This document shows positions 1 through 8,041 of a stretch of 64,000 nt of DNA, piece by piece. The notes under the pieces were generated by a model, which was given only the letters and a program-made list of their open reading frames with translations, was not told the origin of the DNA and made no database searches. The stretch spans positions 32,584 through 96,583 of the IMG/VR virus record IMGVR_UViG_3300034683_000092; one strand, written 5' to 3'. The position numbers and the translations under genes are program-made. The DNA is from a virus. Position 1 is the stretch's first letter. Each line of letters starts with the position of its first letter.

Positions 1-304
1 AAAGTTGGCAAAGAAAAGATTGCCTAATTTAAGTTGGCCGTGCAATAGTGCTGGGATTTGTTTAGCGATAAAAAAGACTCTATTTGATAAAGGCGAAAGG
101 CTATATAATACTGCTTGTTTTTCTGGAATAGAAAGCCTAATACCGTCTTTTACACGAGAAAACGCTATTTTGTCAAGAATAGGCGAAATTGGATCTAGTG
201 CATATTGGTGGGAAACTGAATTGTCAAAAGGAGGATTAACTAACCGTTTAGCTTTTCTCGATTGGTTAATTAATGAATTAGAAAAGTCAAAAACAATTAA
301 ATAA
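1..304 (+). CDS. Hypothetical protein, 5'-truncated by the window edge; paralogue of 5211..5654
   Basis: Frame is open to the window start. Shares A(K)xR..C..I..(A/T)L(F/Y)D, IPxFxRxNAI, YWW and RxxFLDWxI with the 5211 ORF. Confidence 0.75.
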   Translation, partial: KLAKKRLPNLSWPCNSAGICLAIKKTLFDKGERLYNTACFSGIESLIPSFTRENAILSRIGEIGSSAYWWETELSKGGLTNRLAFLDWLINELEKSKTIK

Positions 305-330
305 CTACGCATTTACTAAAAATAAATCAA

Positions 331-540
331 ATGAAAACAGATAATTACAAATTAGCTTTATTTGTCCCAGAAAAAGAGTCACAAATGCCTTGCGATAAAT
401 GCCCTATAGATGACATTTGTCACGCCTATAATTCATATTTAGTTTATAACGAAATGGAGAATGGCAATAACAATCTTTTAGATCAATGTCTAAGAGAGTG
501 TTTTAATGATACAGATTGTTTAATACCTGTTTTACATTAA
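331..540 (+). CDS. Small Cys-rich hypothetical protein
   Basis: ATG ORF in the co-oriented array; CxxC and four further Cys. Confidence 0.6.
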   Translation: MKTDNYKLALFVPEKESQMPCDKCPIDDICHAYNSYLVYNEMENGNNNLLDQCLRECFNDTDCLIPVLH

Positions 541-549
541 TACTTTATT

Positions 550-1182
550 ATGCATTTATTCGTAAAAGAAGGATACCATGATATTATATATATTGGTACT
601 AAAATAAACGGATCTATGGCTAGAGCTTATGCTGGTTGCTTTAGATATTGCAATAAATATCAAATACGCCATTTTGATTTTATATTTAATTATGAAAGAA
701 AAGGCTTAAAATGTATTGATATTGGTGGATTTGGAGCTGACCTGTCTAAACGAATAGCTGATATTTGCGATAAAGAACTACAGGTGACTAAATTGATTGT
801 TAATTTCATAGAGTCTAATAAATCATCTAGGATTAGATTTGATAAAAATGTAATTAGAAAGAATGACCATCTATTGCTTTACACAATAAACGATTACGCT
901 GGTGAAAAGCTTTTTATTACATTTATAGATAACGAACGTCAATTCTATTTTAATCTAACATACAGCAAGCAAGAACGAAGACTCTATAAATGTGATTTGG
1001 AGAGTCTTAACAAACAAGATTTTGGCAACATCTTACTTTTAGATGACTCTGTTTATTCAGAAATAAAGGATTTAATAACTCCGCAATTTCTAAAAGATAG
1101 AGATTTCTTAAATGAATTAGTTCTTAGACTTGCATGTTTTGCTAAGGATGACTACAATGGTCTAGGTAGATTTAGATTATAA
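550..1182 (+). CDS. Hypothetical protein
   Basis: 210-aa ORF, tightly packed with neighbours; no motif recognised. Confidence 0.75.
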   Translation: MHLFVKEGYHDIIYIGTKINGSMARAYAGCFRYCNKYQIRHFDFIFNYERKGLKCIDIGGFGADLSKRIADICDKELQVTKLIVNFIESNKSSRIRFDKNVIRKNDHLLLYTINDYAGEKLFITFIDNERQFYFNLTYSKQERRLYKCDLESLNKQDFGNILLLDDSVYSEIKDLITPQFLKDRDFLNELVLRLACFAKDDYNGLGRFRL

Positions 1183-1198
1183 CTTAAAATAATAAACT

Positions 1199-1363
1199 AT
1201 GAATGTTAAATACTATGACATAGTACTTATAATAGTACAAGTAATTCTTATAATAGCCCATCTTAATACTAGCGGGTTTGCTGAAGCTTTGATATTAATA
1301 GCACAAGCAATCCTTTTGCTTATGCAATGTACTATGCGTCCAAATGGGTGTGAGGATAAATAA
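1199..1363 (+). CDS. Small membrane protein, 54 aa (not in ORF track)
   Basis: Hand translation MNVKYYDIVLIIVQVILIIAHLNTSGFAEALILIAQAILLLMQCTMRPNGCEDK; two hydrophobic stretches; fills an intergenic gap. Confidence 0.6.
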   Translation: MNVKYYDIVLIIVQVILIIAHLNTSGFAEALILIAQAILLLMQCTMRPNGCEDK

Positions 1364-1426
1364 TTAACCTTTTATATTTCAGGATTTTGCACTTTTTGCC
1401 ATTATAATTAAAAAGTGCTTTAAAAT

Positions 1427-1532
1427 GGAGAAGTGGCGGAATTGGTATACAGCAGTAGATTGACGGAAGCACCCTAAAGTCGTCGTAAATAATTAGCTTG
1501 GGTTTGCAGGTTCGACTCCTGCCTTCTCCCCA
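1427..1532 (+). tRNA. tRNA-like element or pseudo-tRNA with no canonical anticodon arm
   Basis: 7-bp acceptor stem GGAGAAG/CTTCTCC followed by CCA, D-arm TGGCGGAATTGGTA, perfect T-arm GCAGG-TTCGACT-CCTGC. The central ~50 nt do not fold into a 5-bp stem with 7-nt loop. Confidence 0.7.
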
Positions 1533-1555
1533 AACAATAATTAAAAACATAGATT

Positions 1556-2074
1556 ATGAAAGAACTAAAAGTTGATCTTTTTAATTCAAAGAAAGAGAAA
1601 TTAGAAACTTCTATTGAGTTGTCTAAATTCAATATATTTGTTGGTAGTGATTTTTATAATATTAGAACAATTATTAGAAATGCCAGGATAGAAGACTCTG
1701 TTTATGGATATGGGGATTTCGGATCTTCTAACTGTATATCAGAGCATAAAAGTCTTGTATATGAATTCGTCAAGCATTATTCTGATAGAAACAAAATAGC
1801 TGTAATACATACAGAAAGCCAGTTTGTGTTATACGCATTTAACAATTTAATATTTAATTATATTGTTAAAGATAAAATGCCTGCTAATTTAAGAGGTGAG
1901 ATGACGTGTAAGGACATTATGATAGACCCTAAAGATATTAGGATTTATCAAGTAGAAAACGGGGTTGTTACACGCATTCAAAATAAAGATGGTCTAATTG
2001 AACATAATTGTTTTGATAGCGAGATGAACATCATAATGAATGACTTTTATAAAATGATTGATTATTATGAGTGA
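1556..2074 (+). CDS. Degenerate ABC/AAA_15-like ATPase remnant
   Basis: IELSKFNIFVG resembles the pre-Walker-A strand but GKS/T is missing; IHTESQFVL...NNLI resembles the THS H-loop region. Confidence 0.45.
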   Translation: MKELKVDLFNSKKEKLETSIELSKFNIFVGSDFYNIRTIIRNARIEDSVYGYGDFGSSNCISEHKSLVYEFVKHYSDRNKIAVIHTESQFVLYAFNNLIFNYIVKDKMPANLRGEMTCKDIMIDPKDIRIYQVENGVVTRIQNKDGLIEHNCFDSEMNIIMNDFYKMIDYYE

Positions 2075-2498
2075 TACAATTGTATTAAATGGTATAGCTT
2101 GGGATAAAGAGAATCTTGAAGTTAACGGACAAACTCATTTTACTTACAAAGAGGCTAAAAGGGAAGCCGCTAAATTAAATAAAAGGCTTCCCACTATTAA
2201 AGAAGTTAAACAACTTTTAAAATTGCCTTATACCTGGGACGACAGCAAAATGGGCATTAGATTTGCAGCAGAAAAAGAGAATTTAACAACTGAAAATCAT
2301 TTATTTCTGCCAGTTAAAGGCTATATAGTTGAACATAGCATTGTAAGAAATGCGAGTTTATTTGGCGTATATTGGACTTCGACATCTAATGATTCTTCAC
2401 TAGCAAAATTCTTCGGTTTTTCAAAACAAAGCCGTTATACGAATGTTTATTACAGATATGGACGTTTTACTGTTAGATGTGTTACAGATATAAAATAA
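2058..2498 (+). CDS. Fib_succ_major/DUF1566-like (C-type-lectin-fold) protein
   Basis: WDKENL, FTYxEA, RLPTxxE, LFLPxxG, GxYWTST, terminal VRCV. Confidence 0.7.
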   Translation: MIIMSDTIVLNGIAWDKENLEVNGQTHFTYKEAKREAAKLNKRLPTIKEVKQLLKLPYTWDDSKMGIRFAAEKENLTTENHLFLPVKGYIVEHSIVRNASLFGVYWTSTSNDSSLAKFFGFSKQSRYTNVYYRYGRFTVRCVTDIK

Positions 2499-2502
2499 TA
2501 AT

Positions 2503-2976
2503 ATGGAAACAAATCAAGAAATAGAATTCAATATTCCAGAAGGATATGTGATAGATAGTAGTAAAAGCACTGAAAACAAAATAGTGTGCAAACCTATTGA
2601 ACCACAGTATCCTAAATTATGGGAAGACGTATTTTGGGCAAAGCCAATATCAGGGTTTGATATTAAACTTTACAACAGTGATATTAGAAGTGCAACGAGC
2701 CGTGAAAAAGCACTTTTTAAAACTGAAAAGCAAGCTGCATCCTCTTTAGCATATGCTCAATTAACTCAACTAATGGCATTGCCATGTTATAATGGAGATT
2801 GGACACCTTGTTGGAATAGTGACCAGATTAAATATTGTATTGTAAGATATGATGATGAAATTGTAGTAGATGAAATGTTCCATAATTTTGAATTTCTAGC
2901 TTTTAAATCTAAAGAAGCTAGAGATGTTTTTTTAGAAAATCATTTAGATTTAATTGACAAATTCCATCAATTATGA
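2503..2976 (+). CDS. Hypothetical phage protein
   Basis: 157-aa ORF with IPEGY and DWxPxW..KYxI..FKSKE pattern typical of Bacteroidota phage hypotheticals. Confidence 0.75.
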   Translation: METNQEIEFNIPEGYVIDSSKSTENKIVCKPIEPQYPKLWEDVFWAKPISGFDIKLYNSDIRSATSREKALFKTEKQAASSLAYAQLTQLMALPCYNGDWTPCWNSDQIKYCIVRYDDEIVVDEMFHNFEFLAFKSKEARDVFLENHLDLIDKFHQL

Positions 2977-3152
2977 CAACTGGTAAAAAGCTAATTAGCA
3001 CAATGGATAATTCTGGATTTGCTGTATTCCGCACAAAAACATGGGGAACAAGAGATTATCAATCTGATCGTAAGAAACGAATTAGAAAGATAGTTTCTAA
3101 AAAACTTAGAGTTTATCTAAAACGTGATTTAAATAAAATTATAAATGAGTAA
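2973..3152 (+). CDS. Small basic protein, 59 aa (not in ORF track)
   Basis: MTTGKKLISTMDNSGFAVFRTKTWGTRDYQSDRKKRIRKIVSKKLRVYLKRDLNKIINE; ATGA overlap with the upstream stop and overlap with the downstream start. Confidence 0.65.
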   Translation: MTTGKKLISTMDNSGFAVFRTKTWGTRDYQSDRKKRIRKIVSKKLRVYLKRDLNKIINE

Positions 3153-3609
3153 TTGGTCGTACTTTAATGCTATAATATTAGTAAGCTCTTATAAAGAGTT
3201 GCCTGATTTTGAGAAAATCATAGAAGACATGATTGAACAAGCCCCTCCTGTAACTGGTAGTGAGGGAAATTGCTCAATTCACGTTGTTGATTATTTCAAA
3301 AATGTATCAACAAATATGGACTGTAGGAGATGCCCACATTTGAATTTATATTATGGACTTCCATTTGAAGATGGTAGCCTTGATAAAAAAGGGTGTCCTG
3401 GTGCTCCTCTTGCTACGGCTAAACATCGCAAAATGTGCATAGCAGGAGAATACATCGGCTCTTGCAAAGTTGTTATTACAGATAACAATGGGTTGAGAGA
3501 TAAAACTAAAGAAGAAACTGTTAAAGAGTTTAAGGATTTAATTAAACACATGAAATCTTATAGAAATAAACTCTTTGAGATAACTGTTATATGTAAAAAC
3601 ATAGAATAA
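3145..3609 (+). CDS. Hypothetical protein with Cys cluster
   Basis: 154-aa ORF; PPVTGSEG and CRRC motifs. Confidence 0.7.
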   Translation: MSNWSYFNAIILVSSYKELPDFEKIIEDMIEQAPPVTGSEGNCSIHVVDYFKNVSTNMDCRRCPHLNLYYGLPFEDGSLDKKGCPGAPLATAKHRKMCIAGEYIGSCKVVITDNNGLRDKTKEETVKEFKDLIKHMKSYRNKLFEITVICKNIE

Positions 3610-3616
3610 TAATAAA

Positions 3617-4687
3617 ATGAATTTATCAATCGGTGAATATAAACTACCAATCGGCTACACAGCTGTAGTTGAAGATGGTAAAATCGTTGTTATAGAAAAG
3701 CAAAATTATAAGCCAACACCAGGTGATTTGCTTTATATAGAATATAACGATTGGTGCGATGACGAACAAAAAATGCTAGCTATATTCGTTAGAGAAAGAA
3801 GCGATGGAAGCGGCATTATTAAAGCCCAATTGCACTTAGAGAGTGGTAAGCTTGAAGCGAATCCAAATACAGAGTGCACACTATTAGATTATAAAAACAA
3901 ATCTAGATTTGCCAATAACGACGAAAGAATGCTTTATTCTAATAAGCTTAATGAAAATAAGCTTAGGCTAAAAGCTAAGAACTTATTAATACTACCTGAG
4001 TGGCAAAAAGGTTGTTTTTTAACTTCTTATGATGGCAATACAACCGTTGTAGTAAAGAGGGTTGCTGACGGAGGTGTTGTGGCTATTGTTGGGTATGATA
4101 AAAAGAACCATATTGTTCTTAATGCGTATGTAGGAGAGTTGTATTGTTTTAGGCGCTCTACTGAAGACGAAATTATGTCTTTGTTACAAAACCTGTATAA
4201 TAATAAAATAGTTTATGATAATTCTACTAAGTCAATTAGAAGATTACCACGTTTTGAGTTAGGGGAAATCGTTGTACTTGATAGAATCCATAGGATTTGC
4301 ATCGTAGTAAGTCATGATTTAAACAAAGACACCTTTACTGGATACAATCCACACGCTGGCTATATGACACAATTGAATTATGATGACTTTCATAGAGCTT
4401 CAAATGATGTATATTCGTGTGAGTTGTTTAATCTAGACATGGATTTAAAAGGTTTTCGCTGGAATCCAGATACAAAAAAGATAGAACGTATTATTTGGGC
4501 TCCAAAGTCTGGAGAAGAGTTTTATTATATAGACATGTATTTTGGTTTGATAAAAAGAACAAACTACGATACGTCAGATGTTGTTACGAGGCTAATAGAA
4601 GCAGGTAATTGCTTTAAAGATGAGAAAGAAGCAGAATCTGTTTTAGATAAAATTAAAAACGTATTTGAACAAAGGAGAGCTTTATGA
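3617..4687 (+). CDS. Hypothetical protein with three internal ~75-aa repeats
   Basis: RFANNDE..L, RRSTEDE..L, HRASND..LF recur; C-terminal WxPKxGExFYYI...GNCF..EAE domain. Confidence 0.75.
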   Translation: MNLSIGEYKLPIGYTAVVEDGKIVVIEKQNYKPTPGDLLYIEYNDWCDDEQKMLAIFVRERSDGSGIIKAQLHLESGKLEANPNTECTLLDYKNKSRFANNDERMLYSNKLNENKLRLKAKNLLILPEWQKGCFLTSYDGNTTVVVKRVADGGVVAIVGYDKKNHIVLNAYVGELYCFRRSTEDEIMSLLQNLYNNKIVYDNSTKSIRRLPRFELGEIVVLDRIHRICIVVSHDLNKDTFTGYNPHAGYMTQLNYDDFHRASNDVYSCELFNLDMDLKGFRWNPDTKKIERIIWAPKSGEEFYYIDMYFGLIKRTNYDTSDVVTRLIEAGNCFKDEKEAESVLDKIKNVFEQRRAL

Positions 4688-4848
4688 AATATTTAAATAT
4701 AGCAGCTATTGTGTTTGGAGTTATAACGGTTGCCCTAGCAGTCTATGGCGTCATGTTTAAACATCCATTATGCGTATCGCTAATGCCAGCCTTTGGATTG
4801 GCTACAGTGATTTTAGAACTAATTATTTTAAAGATTAGAGATGATTAA
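4684..4848 (+). CDS. Small two-TM membrane protein, 54 aa (not in ORF track)
   Basis: MKYLNIAAIVFGVITVALAVYGVMFKHPLCVSLMPAFGLATVILELIILKIRDD; ATGA-coupled to the upstream gene. Confidence 0.65.
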   Translation: MKYLNIAAIVFGVITVALAVYGVMFKHPLCVSLMPAFGLATVILELIILKIRDD

Positions 4849-4972
4849 AATTATTCTTGTAGTAATAATGATTTTAGCAATAACATTTTACTATTTAATA
4901 AAAAGCGAATTGGGGAAACTCATATTAGCTATATTGATATTCCTTATTATATTAGGGATTTATTTTATTTAA
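4841..4972 (+). CDS. Small two-TM membrane protein, 43 aa (not in ORF track)
   Basis: MIKIILVVIMILAITFYYLIKSELGKLILAILIFLIILGIYFI; overlaps the upstream stop. Confidence 0.55.
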   Translation: MIKIILVVIMILAITFYYLIKSELGKLILAILIFLIILGIYFI

Positions 4973-4989
4973 TTTAAAAACTAAAGACA

Positions 4990-5217
4990 ATGAGAAAAAG
5001 ATTTAAGCAATCCGTTATAGCTAGTAGTGAAAACTACAATGCTAAAAAGACATCACATTTATTGATGTTGCAACAAAATAGAGAGGCAAATAAAGAGTTC
5101 TTAGACAAGATGTTGAGTACTGCTGTACATAAACCAGTTAGTGATATTCAATCGTTTGAGAATGGTTTAAAAGCCCAAATAGAACGATTTAGGCAATCAA
5201 GACAAGCGGCATGTTGA
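4990..5217 (+). CDS. Hypothetical protein
   Basis: 75-aa ATG ORF in the array. Confidence 0.65.
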   Translation: MRKRFKQSVIASSENYNAKKTSHLLMLQQNREANKEFLDKMLSTAVHKPVSDIQSFENGLKAQIERFRQSRQAAC

Positions 5218-5654
5218 TACCTGATTTTATATCGCACGTAGCTATTATTATAATATTTTGCTGCGGTATTATTGTGTGTTATAAGTATAGTAGTTTGGAT
5301 AATTCCAAGAAAAAACAGTCTTTGCCTCTTGACCTACAGTTAAAAGTGCTAAAAATGGCTAAAAGTAGAATGATGGAAGCACCACATACATATTTCCTAT
5401 GCGCATGTATATCTAGTGCTTTATATGATTGTGATCTTTATAATTCTATCCAAAATCAAATACCAGTATTTTGTAGAAAAAATGCTATTATTTATGGGAA
5501 TGCGCAAGGCAATAGTTTGTATTGGTGGCCGCTAACTTTAGCTGGTAAAGAGGATAGAATAAAGTTTTTAGACTGGTGTATTAGCCAAGTTGAATTGCAA
5601 ATTAAATATGAAACCCAAAAGAATAAAAGGTTTTATCGTAAATGGTTTAAATAA
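5211..5654 (+). CDS. Hypothetical protein with N-terminal TM; paralogue of 1..304
   Basis: Hydrophobic N-terminus; YWW and RIKFLDWCI motifs. Confidence 0.75.
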   Translation: MLIPDFISHVAIIIIFCCGIIVCYKYSSLDNSKKKQSLPLDLQLKVLKMAKSRMMEAPHTYFLCACISSALYDCDLYNSIQNQIPVFCRKNAIIYGNAQGNSLYWWPLTLAGKEDRIKFLDWCISQVELQIKYETQKNKRFYRKWFK

Positions 5655-5938
5655 TGAGTTATAAAAATATTTTCATTTGTTTTTCAGTAGTTTTGTTTAC
5701 TATTATATTTGGATTAAAGTTATATGATGAAAAGTATGACTTTAAATCCAAATATATAGTTTATGAGAAATACGAACCGCATCGTTTGGAAAGTATAAAT
5801 ATGCATTCTGATGATAGCTTTAGTATCTCATACAGAACTAAATACGGATTAAAAGAAATTGAAGTAACAAAAGAATTGGTTGATTCAATTTGCGATGGTC
5901 AGATTGTGTTTATAAAATATAAAATAGAAGACAAATGA
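5654..5938 (+). CDS. Hypothetical protein with N-terminal TM/signal
   Basis: IFICFSVVLFTIIFGL; overlapping stop/start. Confidence 0.65.
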   Translation: MSYKNIFICFSVVLFTIIFGLKLYDEKYDFKSKYIVYEKYEPHRLESINMHSDDSFSISYRTKYGLKEIEVTKELVDSICDGQIVFIKYKIEDK

Positions 5939-6021
5939 GAAAGAGATTTAAGGTATTAAATGGGGTAAGATTCGAGATGGTTATGCGTGTTATTGACAAA
6001 CGTATAATCGTAGCTCGATAA
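5935..6021 (+). CDS. Possible 28-aa peptide
   Basis: MRKRFKVLNGVRFEMVMRVIDKRIIVAR; ATGA-coupled; same first six residues as the 4990 ORF. Confidence 0.4.
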   Translation: MRKRFKVLNGVRFEMVMRVIDKRIIVAR

Positions 6022-6168
6022 ACATAGATGATTGGTTTGGTTGATTAGGGTGCAAGTCATTGGATTGATTTGCATCCACTGTAGAAGTGATTACTATTTT
6101 TATTATTAATTATTAGGTAAGTTAAGGAGCTTCCCGCCGTGAAAATCGGTCATGATGATTAAAAATAG

Positions 6169-6211
6169 AACTACTGTATCACTTATCCACGTTTGTGATA
6201 CAGTAGTTTTT
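6169..6211 (+). terminator. Intrinsic terminator-like hairpin
   Basis: Perfect 14-bp stem AACTACTGTATCAC/GTGATACAGTAGTT running into a T tract. Confidence 0.65.
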
Positions 6212-6231
6212 CATAAAAATACACTTTACTT

Positions 6232-6462
6232 ATGAGCAAAAAGAAGAAAAACAAATTTAAGAAAAAACAATTTAACTTAAGAGAGAAAATTAGTGAGTAC
6301 GTACATATAGTGCGTGATATAAAAACTAAAGAGTATTCTCTTTTGTATAATTACAGCCAAAACAAAAACGCCAAAATACATTCATCTAAAAGTTTAGAAG
6401 AAATAGAAATGGCTAAAGAGATTTTTATTAATTCATTAATTTATAATATAAAAATAAGATGA
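6232..6462 (+). CDS. Basic hypothetical protein
   Basis: 76-aa ORF with Lys-rich N-terminus. Confidence 0.6.
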   Translation: MSKKKKNKFKKKQFNLREKISEYVHIVRDIKTKEYSLLYNYSQNKNAKIHSSKSLEEIEMAKEIFINSLIYNIKIR

Positions 6463-6851
6463 TTAATTTAGTTGCCAGTAACAAAGTAAAAGTAGGCGAT
6501 GAGTTCTATTCACCTATCTATGGTCGTAAAATAGGCGTAGTAGCCATTAATGACAAAGGACATATCTATTTTGGTGGTATGTGGCTTAACTCATTTGGTC
6601 AAAGGCTCAATCAAAAAGATGGAGAGCTTCTAATATTTCCTTCAAAGGATAATCGTGACTGGGGAAGTGAGTTTATTCCAGGGCAGAAAGTATTGGTTAA
6701 AAACAAAGAAGATGTGTTTTGGGCTGAAAGAGAATATGTGTCTACTAATGACAATTTACATAGAGTTAAAAACTATAAGATGTCAAGTGCTGGATCTGTG
6801 ATAGTGTTTGAAACTTATGAAGATATAAAACCGCATGATAAACTCATTTGA
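6459..6851 (+). CDS. Hypothetical phage protein
   Basis: YSPIYG...LLIFPSKDNRDW..PGQKVLV pattern seen in Bacteroidota phage hypotheticals. Confidence 0.7.
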   Translation: MINLVASNKVKVGDEFYSPIYGRKIGVVAINDKGHIYFGGMWLNSFGQRLNQKDGELLIFPSKDNRDWGSEFIPGQKVLVKNKEDVFWAEREYVSTNDNLHRVKNYKMSSAGSVIVFETYEDIKPHDKLI

Positions 6852-7278
6852 TAAATTTGCTAATGTATATGCTCCCGATAAAATAAGGGAGCATACAAAA
6901 TGGATTAACACTAAAATAGATATTTCGTGTTTAAAATCGGCTAAAAGCATCAAGATAGAAGAATTTAATCTGCTTCCTCTTGTATCAGATGTAAATGATA
7001 TTAAAGACTATAGATTTGCGTGGTACGAGAAAGGTCTTTATTTGTCTGAAAAAGACAAATCAATGCTAGATGATGACGAAATATATTTTAGATATATTCC
7101 ATATAATGCGTTTTTTAACACTGACTGTATAGCTTTATTTGCTAGAAATCATGAGAATGCATTGTGTACTGTAATGCTTGGTAAGCCAATAGCTAAACGT
7201 GGCGAGCCAATAATCTGGGTTTCAGATCAACTTTTTGAGGACGAATGTGCTTATGTAACAAAATATTATAAAACATGA
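6835..7278 (+). CDS. Hypothetical protein
   Basis: 147-aa ORF overlapping both neighbours. Confidence 0.7.
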   Translation: MINSFDKFANVYAPDKIREHTKWINTKIDISCLKSAKSIKIEEFNLLPLVSDVNDIKDYRFAWYEKGLYLSEKDKSMLDDDEIYFRYIPYNAFFNTDCIALFARNHENALCTVMLGKPIAKRGEPIIWVSDQLFEDECAYVTKYYKT

Positions 7279-7763
7279 AATCAATAGAGAAATTCAAAGA
7301 ACAAAACGGTATCAAGGATAATGGCTTACAAGAATTCTTTGAGCTGACTCTTACTTCTTATGATTTTAAAGAAGAGGTATCATTTGATGAAATTGGAGAT
7401 CAGTATTATGATCTTATAAACGAGAATCCAGAAGCTCGAATGTTAGACGAAAAAGACATTTTAGTACTTTTAAAAGCTGACGCAAAGCAGATAGATGGTT
7501 TTTTAGAGTTTAAAGATCCAAACACAGAAAAGGTCTTATCGATACCAGTAAATGATACTCTTAATAAAAGAATGTTCAAGTATTGGGTGTCAGACGATGA
7601 CGGCTTTAAACTAGCTAGAATCGTTATAGTAGATGGCAAGCTAAGAGCTAGATTCAGCGAGATACGTGATAATGATAAAGCTATATGTGTATTTGTCATT
7701 GGAGATGATTCTGTAATACAGGATTTTGAAGATTTTGAAGATTTTGAAGATTTACCATCTTAA
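7275..7763 (+). CDS. Acidic hypothetical protein
   Basis: 162-aa ORF; SFDEIGD motif; (DFE)3 tail. Confidence 0.7.
   Translation: MKSIEKFKEQNGIKDNGLQEFFELTLTSYDFKEEVSFDEIGDQYYDLINENPEARMLDEKDILVLLKADAKQIDGFLEFKDPNTEKVLSIPVNDTLNKRMFKYWVSDDDGFKLARIVIVDGKLRARFSEIRDNDKAICVFVIGDDSVIQDFEDFEDFEDLPS
7722..7753 (+). repeat. 9-bp tandem repeat GATTTTGAA x3.5, in frame (DFE repeats)
   Basis: Read directly from the sequence. Confidence 0.9.
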
Positions 7764-7771
7764 ATATAATT

Positions 7772-8041
7772 ATGGAAATAGATAAATATTCAAAAGTCTC
7801 TGATTTTATACAAGGCGATCAAGTCACGTTAGGAAATCAGCAATATGAATTCGTTGAATCCATTATGTCTTCGTGCTTTAGATGTGCGTTTTTTAATGAC
7901 AACAAAAAATGCATGGCTTCTAGTGAGATAGGTAACTGTATTAAAGGTTACTTTAAGATATTGTCATCATATGGAAGCAACTCTATTGATGATAAGAAAC
8001 AAATCAAATCAATTCAAAAATTTAAAAATGAATTTAAATGA
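7772..8041 (+). CDS. Small Cys-containing hypothetical protein
   Basis: CxxCxF...C...C pattern. Confidence 0.6.
   Translation: MEIDKYSKVSDFIQGDQVTLGNQQYEFVESIMSSCFRCAFFNDNKKCMASSEIGNCIKGYFKILSSYGSNSIDDKKQIKSIQKFKNEFK

Noticed and set aside
1470-1480. CCCTAAA as an amber-suppressor (CUA) anticodon loop
   Set aside because: No flanking 5-bp stem, no U33, and no recoding in the window.
5993-6008. TTGACA...TATAAT sigma70 promoter
   Set aside because: Spacer is only 4 nt, and the likely host uses a different consensus.
7722-7753. Phase-variable repeat
   Set aside because: The 9-bp unit keeps frame and lies at the extreme C-terminus, so copy change would only alter acidic tail length.
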